Positions 16,257-23,235 of a DNA stretch of 53,527 bases are shown here, piece by piece (within the stretch, counting starts at the first letter, position 1; each line of letters starts with the position of its first letter). A program made the position numbers and the translations under genes. Source of the stretch: a virus (Duplodnaviria; Caudoviricetes). The stretch spans positions 1 to 53,527 of IMG/VR virus record IMGVR_UViG_3300012232_000015; one strand, given 5' to 3'. Under the pieces are notes generated by a model. That model was not told the origin of the DNA, searched no databases, and saw only the letters and a list, made by a program, of their open reading frames with translations.

Positions 16257-16711
16257 TGACGAGCGAAGACCCCGACCCCGAGATTGAGGACGCACTGAAA
16301 TTGGCCAGCTCCATCGGGCTGGCAGTTACCGGCCGCGATGGCTACGTGTACCTGGCGCTCCCCGGCACGCTGAAGATGACGCCAGACGACGCGCGCCTCA
16401 TCGCGAAGCTGCTGCGCAAGCACGCCCTCCTCGCGGAGCCGCAAGCGACGCCCGGAGAAGTCGCGCACCTCAGACAAGCTGAGCGCGCTGCGCAGGTTAT
16501 GGCGTCGGAGGTCGAGTCGCTCACTCCGAGAGGGTGGCGCTTCGTCATCGTGCTGGCATCAGAGGGCGAAGGCGGGTTCGCCACCTGGGTGGGGAACTGC
16601 GGCCGCGAGACGACCGCCGAGCTGCTGCGCGAGCTGCTCGCGAAGTTCGACGCGCGCACGGAAGACGACCTCGAGTACCAGAAGCGACAAGCTAACAGGA
16701 GACCGAAGTGA
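16256..16711 (+). CDS. Hypothetical protein
   Basis: TGATG-coupled. MTSEDPDPEIEDALKLA... Confidence 0.65.
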   Translation: MTSEDPDPEIEDALKLASSIGLAVTGRDGYVYLALPGTLKMTPDDARLIAKLLRKHALLAEPQATPGEVAHLRQAERAAQVMASEVESLTPRGWRFVIVLASEGEGGFATWVGNCGRETTAELLRELLAKFDARTEDDLEYQKRQANRRPK

Positions 16712-16920
16712 GTCACCGAACCGACACCATCGACCGACAGCCGGAGCCGAAGACGTACCTCGGCGACGGAGCCTATGCGCGCATCGAGCTGGCCTACGGC
16801 TCGAAGAATCTGGTGATCACCGCCGAGAACGGCCTGCACGTCACCGACTGCGTCGTGCTGGGCCCCGGCGAGCTGAAGGAGCTGCTGAGGTTCTGTCGAG
16901 AGAACGGAGCGATCCAGTGA
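16708..16920 (+). CDS. Hypothetical phage protein
   Basis: AGGAG RBS, GTGA-coupled, YLGDGAYA motif. Confidence 0.7.
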   Translation: MSHRTDTIDRQPEPKTYLGDGAYARIELAYGSKNLVITAENGLHVTDCVVLGPGELKELLRFCRENGAIQ

Positions 16921-17147
16921 ATCCCAAATATGCGCCCAAGAGCGACCTCGACACGTTCGGCTACCTCGTCGAGGAGTGCGGTGAGGTGCTGCAGGCCGTC
17001 GGCAAGGCGCTGCGGTGGGGCCTCGAGAGTGCGAACCCTGAGCTGCCTGAGGAGCAGCGGGAGACGAACCGCGACTGGATCCTCCGCGAGCTGCAGGACG
17101 TGGAGCGCGCCGTCTTCCTGATGCGCGCCAGACTGGAGGCCAGGTGA
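16917..17147 (+). CDS. Small MazG-like nucleotide pyrophosphohydrolase domain protein
   Basis: LVEECGEVLQAVGK...RELQDV (EExxE...ExxD pattern). Confidence 0.7.
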   Translation: MNPKYAPKSDLDTFGYLVEECGEVLQAVGKALRWGLESANPELPEEQRETNRDWILRELQDVERAVFLMRARLEAR

Positions 17148-18148
17148 CTGCCGAGATCCCGCAAGGTCGGTGGCGGCCCGGAGTGTGGGCCACGCCCGAA
17201 GAATTAGCGGAGCTGCCGACGCGCGGGCCGGCGTGGGAGGGGCTCGCGAAGACGGCCGGCAAGCCGATCGGGGAGCCGGACTTGGCGGACCAGGACTCTG
17301 ACGGCGACTCGATCGCGATGGCGAAGGGTTTAGTATTTGCGCGCACCGGCGGCGAGGAGCTGCGGCGAGAGGTGTCCGACGCGTGCGCCAAGATCATCGG
17401 GACCGAGAAGAAGGGCGACGCGCTGGCGCTGGGGCGCAACCTGATCGGCTACGTCATCGCGGCGGACCTAGTGGGCTTGCCGTCGATGGACCCGGACGGG
17501 CTGCGTCGCGTGTTTCGCAGGTGGCTTCGCAAGGTCGTCGTCGAGCGCCTGACTGACGAGAGGACGCTGGTCAGCACGCACGAGGAGCGGCCGAACAACT
17601 GGGGCACGCACGCCGGGGCCAGCAGGGTCGCCGTTGCCGCGTACCTCAAGGACCCTCAAGCGGTGCGGCGGTGTGCGCAGGTCTTCAAAGGGTGGCTGGG
17701 CGACCGACAGGCGCACGCCGGGTTCGAGTTCGGCGACGACTTGAGCTGGCAGGCTGACCCGAAGAAGCCGGTCGGCGTCAACCCCAAAGGCGCCACTCTC
17801 AAAGGGCACTCGATCGACGGCGCGCTGCCCGACGACCAGCGGCGCGCGGGGCCCTTCACTTGGCCCCCGCCGAAGGAGAACTACGTGTGGGAGGCTCTGC
17901 AAGGGGCGCTCGCGCAGGCGGAGATTCTCTTCAGGTGCGGGTACGACGCCTGGGAGTGGGAGGACAGGGCGCTGTTCCGAGCGGCGACTTGGCTGCACGC
18001 TCAGTGCGAGTACCCTGCGACCGGCGACGACGAGTGGCAGCCGCACCTGCTGAACTTCAGATACCGCGCCAAGTTCCCGACGAAGTCGCCGGCGCGACAC
18101 GGGAAGAGCGTCGGCTTCACCGACTTGACGCACGCAAGGAACTGGTAG
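17144..18148 (+). CDS. Alginate-lyase-like (alpha/alpha toroid) polysaccharide lyase
   Basis: HEERPNNWGTHAGAS resembles the NN(H/W) active-site segment of alginate-lyase-family proteins. Helical, Trp/Tyr-rich, no signal peptide. Confidence 0.6.
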   Translation: MTAEIPQGRWRPGVWATPEELAELPTRGPAWEGLAKTAGKPIGEPDLADQDSDGDSIAMAKGLVFARTGGEELRREVSDACAKIIGTEKKGDALALGRNLIGYVIAADLVGLPSMDPDGLRRVFRRWLRKVVVERLTDERTLVSTHEERPNNWGTHAGASRVAVAAYLKDPQAVRRCAQVFKGWLGDRQAHAGFEFGDDLSWQADPKKPVGVNPKGATLKGHSIDGALPDDQRRAGPFTWPPPKENYVWEALQGALAQAEILFRCGYDAWEWEDRALFRAATWLHAQCEYPATGDDEWQPHLLNFRYRAKFPTKSPARHGKSVGFTDLTHARNW

Positions 18149-18156
18149 AGGCACAA

Positions 18157-18393
18157 GTGAACGTAGACAAGCCGCACGACATCGTCGACGAAGCCGCGCT
18201 GCGTCGGATGAATCTTCGCGCACGCGTCAGGTACCGCCCTGTCCCGGTCGCTGAGGCGGCGCGGCTCCACTCCATGACGGAGGGCGAGCGGGCTGCGTGG
18301 CTGGCGGCGCACCCGCTGCCAGAGGCCGATCTGGCGAGGATCCACAAGGCCATCGAGAGGCGCAGGAGAAGGGAAGAGAGGAGGCAGAAGTGA
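18157..18393 (+). CDS. Hypothetical basic protein
   Basis: GAGG RBS and GTG. Arg-rich C-terminus, coupled to the next gene. Confidence 0.6.
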   Translation: MNVDKPHDIVDEAALRRMNLRARVRYRPVPVAEAARLHSMTEGERAAWLAAHPLPEADLARIHKAIERRRRREERRQK

Positions 18394-18680
18394 GCGACTT
18401 GTACGAGAGGTGGGAGCGACTGGCCGAGCGCGACTTCGGCGACGACGTCCACGACGGGAGGCCTGTGCTGCGCGTCGGGTCGGGCAGCGGGTTCGACGTC
18501 ATCGCGTGCACCGGGTGCGGAGGTCCGGCGAGCGACGCCAGTCCGTGCTCCGCGTGCGCCGACGACGAGCCCGGGTGCAGGGCTTGCGACGAGCCGCTCT
18601 ACGGCGAGCTGGAGAAGTCTAGCGGGCTGTGTGAGCCGTGCGAGGCGGCAGAGGCGCGGGCGCAAGAGGGCGGTGAGTAG
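18390..18680 (+). CDS. Zinc-finger protein
   Basis: GGAGG RBS. Four CxxC pairs (CTGC, CSAC, CRAC, CEPC). Confidence 0.7.
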   Translation: MSDLYERWERLAERDFGDDVHDGRPVLRVGSGSGFDVIACTGCGGPASDASPCSACADDEPGCRACDEPLYGELEKSSGLCEPCEAAEARAQEGGE

Positions 18681-18811
18681 TGGGGCAGCGGTGCGATAAG
18701 ACCCACGAGCACGCGATTCCCGGGTGCCCGTACTGCGCAGTGGACGAGCTCATGGAGAGGTCGAAAGCGCAGCTGGCGAGCATAGATGAGGTAGACGGTG
18801 CGCGAGACTAA
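18680..18811 (+). CDS. Small Cys/His protein (43 aa, not in ORF track)
   Basis: MGQRCDKTHEHAIPGCPYCAVDELMERSK... fills the gap between coupled genes. Confidence 0.5.
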   Translation: MGQRCDKTHEHAIPGCPYCAVDELMERSKAQLASIDEVDGARD

Positions 18812-19592
18812 GCCGAGGGTGTTCCTGGTCGCTGAGACGAAGCTGTATAGGGCGCCGACCAGCGGGACCGATGTGCCGGATATGCGCGACTACTTGGGGC
18901 ACGTAGGCGCGCCCGATTGGGAGACGGATTCTCGCACTGACGCCGAGCTGCTGATCGAGGCGGCGGGCCGGCTGTGCTACAAGAGCTGGAAGCCCGGGCT
19001 CAACCCGAACGTGACTAGGGTGCGGGAGGGGAACAGGGAGTACGTCGGCAACCTGATCGCGCAGCGGCACGGCAGCGTGCTCGAGCACGCGCAGGTCACG
19101 TTTGTCTTCGCCGACGTGAGCCGCGTCTTCACGCACGAGCTGGTCCGGCACAGGGCGGGGTGCGCTTACAGCCAGGAGTCACTGCGCTATGTGCGTCTTG
19201 ATGACCTGGGGTTCAGGATTCCTGGGTGCTTGGAGCCGCTGCGCGAGCACGTCAACGACCTGATGCTGCGGATGGAGAACTTCCAGAAGCATGCAGCCGT
19301 GACGCTGGAGGTGTCCGAGCTGCCGTTCTCGGTGAAGAAGGTCATCACCAGCGCGATGCGCCGGCTAGCGCCGCTTGGGTTGAGCACGCATATCATGTGG
19401 AGTGTCAACTTGAGGGCCCTGCGGCACGTCATCGCGCAGAGGACGGCCGAGGGCGCAGAGGAGGAGATGCGCACGGTGTTCGACGAGGTGGCCAGGATCG
19501 CTAAGCGGCGGTGGCCGGCGGTGTTCCAAGACTTCGAGAGGCAAGAGCCTGAAGGCTCGTGGCGCTCGACGGCGGGCGGGGAGAAGGTGTGA
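18798..19592 (+). CDS. thyX: FAD-dependent thymidylate synthase ThyX
   Basis: AGRLCY, HGSVLEH, SRVFTHELVRHR...SQESLRY signature, NLRALRH. Confidence 0.97.
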   Translation: MRETKPRVFLVAETKLYRAPTSGTDVPDMRDYLGHVGAPDWETDSRTDAELLIEAAGRLCYKSWKPGLNPNVTRVREGNREYVGNLIAQRHGSVLEHAQVTFVFADVSRVFTHELVRHRAGCAYSQESLRYVRLDDLGFRIPGCLEPLREHVNDLMLRMENFQKHAAVTLEVSELPFSVKKVITSAMRRLAPLGLSTHIMWSVNLRALRHVIAQRTAEGAEEEMRTVFDEVARIAKRRWPAVFQDFERQEPEGSWRSTAGGEKV

Positions 19593-19861
19593 TGCACCGA
19601 ACAATGGAAGGCCCTTACGCGATCGGCGACTGGCTAGAGGTCCAAGAGCTGCCGCCGATCAAGGGGCGCAAGACGAAGCGCTGGTCATTGCGCACGAGGG
19701 AGGGCGCGGAGCTGGGGCTGATCTTGTGGCACTCTGGCTGGAGGCGCTACGTGCTCCAAGCTCCCACGACGGGCGACGGCGCGATGGTCGTCTTGGAGGC
19801 CGGCTGCCTGGAGGCGGTGGCTAAGTTTCTGCGCGAGGTGCACGAGGAGAGGGTGCGATGA
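19592..19861 (+). CDS. Hypothetical protein
   Basis: TGATG-coupled. MHRTMEGPYAIGDWLEV... Confidence 0.65.
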   Translation: MHRTMEGPYAIGDWLEVQELPPIKGRKTKRWSLRTREGAELGLILWHSGWRRYVLQAPTTGDGAMVVLEAGCLEAVAKFLREVHEERVR

Positions 19862-20136
19862 AGGTCCTCCACGTCACGGAGCTCTACTTCCTGCTCCCGG
19901 ACGACTTCGCCGGCACGCGGGCCGACGCGCTGCGGCTGCTCGCGGAGCACCACGCCAGCGAAGGCACGTTGGCGGAGGAGCCTCCCGACCTTGGAGGGGC
20001 GGCGTCGAGGTGGCAGCGGTTCCTGCTGCTGGTCGACAGGGGCTACAGGACGCTGGGAGGCGCGGTCGTCGAGTGCGACGACGGCGGCGAGTGGAGGCAC
20101 GTCACGGACCCGGTCACCGGGGAGGCGATCAGATGA
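19858..20136 (+). CDS. Hypothetical protein
   Basis: ATGA-coupled at both ends. Confidence 0.65.
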   Translation: MKVLHVTELYFLLPDDFAGTRADALRLLAEHHASEGTLAEEPPDLGGAASRWQRFLLLVDRGYRTLGGAVVECDDGGEWRHVTDPVTGEAIR

Positions 20137-20564
20137 GGTTCGACATGAGGCTGCCGGAGTGCGACATCTGCGGGGCGCAGTGCGTCAACCTCTGCACCAC
20201 GAATGAGTCCAGCTGGCTGCAGCAAGTGGTGCAGTTTGCGTGTGGGGCCAAGTGGCATAGGTCGACGAAGGCACGTTACGGTGATCGCGAGATGAAATTT
20301 CCGGATGGCGAGTTCGCCGTGTATGCCCCGTGGCCCGACCAATGGAAGATCGAGGCGGACGAGTGCAAGAACGCTGCGGAGATGGTCAGGCGGATGCGGG
20401 AGCAGGCAGAGGTGACGGAGAGGAGCACGAGCGCGGCGCTGGAGAGCGGGATCGCGAGCGCTGATGAGCTGATCCGCGCAGAGGCGCGCCGCCGGGTGCG
20501 AGGCGTCCCCGAGGGCGATGACGACGACCGCGCATGGCCCGGAGACCCGGGGAGGGGCACATGA
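20133..20564 (+). CDS. Hypothetical Cys-containing protein
   Basis: GGAGG RBS. MRFDMRLPECDICGAQC... Confidence 0.6.
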   Translation: MRFDMRLPECDICGAQCVNLCTTNESSWLQQVVQFACGAKWHRSTKARYGDREMKFPDGEFAVYAPWPDQWKIEADECKNAAEMVRRMREQAEVTERSTSAALESGIASADELIRAEARRRVRGVPEGDDDDRAWPGDPGRGT

Positions 20565-20779
20565 ACGAGGAAGCTCCGCACGTGTGGACTGACGACGAGA
20601 TCGTCGCGCACGCCATCGGCCTGCATCCTGACTGCTCCCACGGCGTCGTGCGCAATGGCTGCACCATCTTCCTGCAACTGACGCGCGTCGTCGAGCTGTG
20701 GCGCAACAGGGAGTGCTATGAGGCTGGCGACCCGCCGAGGCATGTCGTGGAGGGGTACCCGATGGAGGAGTCGAGGTGA
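20561..20779 (+). CDS. Hypothetical protein
   Basis: GGAGG RBS and ATG 20561. MNEEAPHVWTDDE... Confidence 0.65.
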   Translation: MNEEAPHVWTDDEIVAHAIGLHPDCSHGVVRNGCTIFLQLTRVVELWRNRECYEAGDPPRHVVEGYPMEESR

Positions 20780-21246
20780 CCAGGGGGTGGACCGAGTCGA
20801 GCTACTGGGCGCTGGTGCGCGCCAGCTTGCAGGCGTGCGGGGCCGAGGCGTTCAAGCTGCACGGCCACCTGATGCAGCGGCCCGGCTGGCCGGACTGCCG
20901 GTGGGAGCACAGGATCTGGAGCGGGTGGGTGGAGCTGAAGGTCGGAGCGGCGCTGAGCGAGCAGCAGGAGGGCGTCATCCGGAGGCTGCAGCGGGCGCGA
21001 TCGCCGGTGCTGATCCTGCGCGGCGCGAAGACGGGGCGAGGGCGGGCTGACGTGCTTCACGAGTTCCAGCGAACGGACGGCACGACGCTCGAGGAGTTGC
21101 GGAGCGAGGGCGGGACTTGGCCTGCCGCGGCAGGCGACGAGGGCGACAACGCGCTGGGGCGGGCCCTGCTTCACGCGGCGGCGCGCGCCTGGGGACGGCA
21201 GCTCGCTGAGCTCGAGGCTGCCGAAGTGCGGCGCGAGGGTCGCTGA
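20776..21246 (+). CDS. VRR-NUC / PD-(D/E)XK nuclease (resolvase-like)
   Basis: E...GWPD...WVELK...LSEQQ pattern. Confidence 0.8.
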   Translation: MTRGWTESSYWALVRASLQACGAEAFKLHGHLMQRPGWPDCRWEHRIWSGWVELKVGAALSEQQEGVIRRLQRARSPVLILRGAKTGRGRADVLHEFQRTDGTTLEELRSEGGTWPAAAGDEGDNALGRALLHAAARAWGRQLAELEAAEVRREGR

Positions 21247-21303
21247 GCGGCAAGTGAGCGATTCTGGGTAGTTGTTTTCTGCGACAGGCCTGCGCTGTTA
21301 TAC

Positions 21304-21523
21304 GAGACTGGAGCCTTTCCCTCTTATGCAGGGTAGCCTGTGACCCCCTAAGCCCGATGCATATGCATCGGGACCCAGCAATTTATTATACATATTCTTT
21401 ACAAAAGTCCTAAAAATCACTATCTCTATACGCGTAGTAGGGGTAGGCCGGAATCCAGATTTGCATGCACTACCCTTGGGGGAGTCATAGCTCCTCCTCG
21501 TTAGCGGGAAAGGCTCCAGTCTC
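21304..21523. repeat. Nested inverted-repeat element with AT-rich core (candidate origin or packaging site)
   Basis: Perfect 18-bp inverted repeat GAGACTGGAGCCTTTCCC (21304-21321 / 21506-21523). Perfect 20-bp palindrome CCCGATGCATATGCATCGGG (21353-21372). AT-rich segment ~21380-21430. Confidence 0.85.
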
Positions 21524-21541
21524 AGATAATAGGAGACACTC

Positions 21542-22240
21542 TTGAACGATGACCCCGACGATCCGCTCAGTCCGCGCTCGTCAGCGCACTTCGTACCACT
21601 GCCTCGCAAGAAGAGGCGTCGCAGGACGCCAGACGAGATGCCGAAGCCGCTCTTCCCGCCGGCGCCACCGCTCTTCCCCGCGCTTCCTCCGCACCCGCTC
21701 AAGCGCAGTCGGTGCGGCTCCAACATCTTCAAGGAGCTGCGCGTCGCCCTCGCCGGACTCGAGTGGGCGGAGCGAGACCACCAGAGGCGCACGCAGCGCA
21801 AGTGCGACTTGCCGTGGGAGTGGCGCGAGCGCAAGCGCGATCTCAAGCGCCGTCGCAGGAACTCCCTCTTGCCGAAGAGCCGGCGCTGCGGCAGGTGCGG
21901 TGAGGCGAAGCTTGAGTCGAGGCGGTGGGTTGTGCCGGAGGGTCGAGAGGCCGTATGTCTCTCGTGCAGTCGCGTCGGAGAGCCAGGTGAGGATCCGGGC
22001 ACGTCGCTGTTGGACCGCGCACCTGACGGCGAGGGCTTCGTCGTCAGCGGGCCGGCGATGCGCCACGCAAGGCTAATCCTCGGCGTCTCAGCGGGGGCGC
22101 TCGCTCGGCAGTGCGGGTGGAGCCAGCCCAGGTGGAGTCAACTGGAGGGGAGGGCCCAGTCTAGGGTCACCCGCAGGGTCGGGAAGCTGATTCTGCGGGC
22201 TTTGGTGGACATAAGCGGCCTGCAGACCAGGGGGTTGTGA
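21542..22240 (+). CDS. Zinc-finger plus XRE-type HTH DNA-binding protein
   Basis: AGGAG RBS and TTG. Arg/Pro-rich N-terminus, CGRC...CLSC, C-terminal MRHARLILGVSAGALARQCGWSQPRWSQLE. Confidence 0.7.
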   Translation: MNDDPDDPLSPRSSAHFVPLPRKKRRRRTPDEMPKPLFPPAPPLFPALPPHPLKRSRCGSNIFKELRVALAGLEWAERDHQRRTQRKCDLPWEWRERKRDLKRRRRNSLLPKSRRCGRCGEAKLESRRWVVPEGREAVCLSCSRVGEPGEDPGTSLLDRAPDGEGFVVSGPAMRHARLILGVSAGALARQCGWSQPRWSQLEGRAQSRVTRRVGKLILRALVDISGLQTRGL

Positions 22241-22269
22241 CAGGTCGCTCAGATTCCCACAATGGGTGC

Positions 22270-22297
22270 TGGACACTGATAGCAGGCTACCTATAGT
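22270..22297 (+). promoter_or_regulatory. Candidate sigma70-type promoter of the packaging/structural operon
   Basis: TGGACA-16 bp-TATAGT, the same -10 hexamer as at 1133. Confidence 0.4.
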
Positions 22298-22506
22298 GCT
22301 GTCCGTGGGAAGGAAGGCGAAGGCAGGAGGTCTGAGAGGGCCCGGGGGCGCGAAGAAGAAGCGCGGCAAGGCGAGCGCTCCCGCTCGCGCCTCCGTTCTC
22401 AAGGGCGGCGAGCGCGTAGAGGTCGAGGGCGTCGAGGTGAGCGCTTCGCTCTCGACGTCCCACTGCTCAGCTCCGCGCTCCCACCACGCAAAAACTGCGG
22501 AATCGA

Positions 22507-23235
22507 ATGACCGGCTCCAGCAACGGTAGGGCGCATGGAAGTCAGCGACCTCCGAACTTCCCGATCATCCCCGGGCTCAAGAGGCCGGGCGGATTTGGCG
22601 GTGGCGGTCTCCCTCCATCTGGTCACCCGCGCCGGTGTCAGGGCCGACACTTCACGAAGCCGGGTGAGCAGTGTCCGCAGTGGGCGCTCATCGGCCGCGA
22701 CCGGTGCAAGGTGCACGGAGGCCGTCGCACCCTAGCAATGGTGCGCGGAGGAATGGGCTACATCTCCAAGTACGCGGGTCCCAAGCTCCGCGAGGCGCTC
22801 GAGGCCGCGAAGGAAGGCGGACCCGACGCGATGCTCTGCCTGGAAGAGGAGCTCGCGATGGCCAAAGTGTCGTCGCACCAGGCCGTGCGCCTCTACGAGG
22901 CAGCGTGGTTCCCCAAAGAAGACGGCAAGGAGGCGAGCCTCGACCTCAAGGCGCAGGCGGCCGCCGGCCTGCGAAGCGCGCTCGAGTTCGTGAGCGAGAT
23001 CGCCACTCGCTCGGCGCGTGTGCGGGCGATGCACGACGGCACCAAAGACGCCCAGACCATCAAGTACGTGCTGGACCAAGTGGCCGTCATCTTCGCAGAA
23101 GAGGCGCGCCGCGAGTTCGGCACCGAGTCCCCGAAGTGCGAGAGCATGGTCGCGGCGGTGGCGAAGCGCCTCGAGGACGTCAATCTGCTGCCGGACACCA
23201 AGCGCTCTCGCGCCGCAGTAGTGGTGGTGGCTTGA
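22507..23235 (+). CDS. Probable terminase small subunit
   Basis: RRCQGR...QCPQWA...RCKVHGG (HGGxSTG-like zinc motif), directly upstream of and coupled to TerL. Confidence 0.65.
   Translation: MTGSSNGRAHGSQRPPNFPIIPGLKRPGGFGGGGLPPSGHPRRCQGRHFTKPGEQCPQWALIGRDRCKVHGGRRTLAMVRGGMGYISKYAGPKLREALEAAKEGGPDAMLCLEEELAMAKVSSHQAVRLYEAAWFPKEDGKEASLDLKAQAAAGLRSALEFVSEIATRSARVRAMHDGTKDAQTIKYVLDQVAVIFAEEARREFGTESPKCESMVAAVAKRLEDVNLLPDTKRSRAAVVVVA

Noticed and set aside
21304-21523. MITE interpretation of the 18-bp terminal inverted repeats
   Set aside because: No target-site duplication, symmetry continues beyond the repeats, single copy, and no transposase in the window.
22266-22529. Lys/Gly-rich ORF upstream of terS
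   Set aside because: No clear RBS and it overlaps the candidate promoter. It could be a leaderless basic peptide from GTG 22305 but cannot be supported.
22671-23234. 935-aa version of TerL in the ORF track
   Set aside because: The extension overlaps the terS-like gene out of frame. The coupled ATG at 23235 is more plausible.
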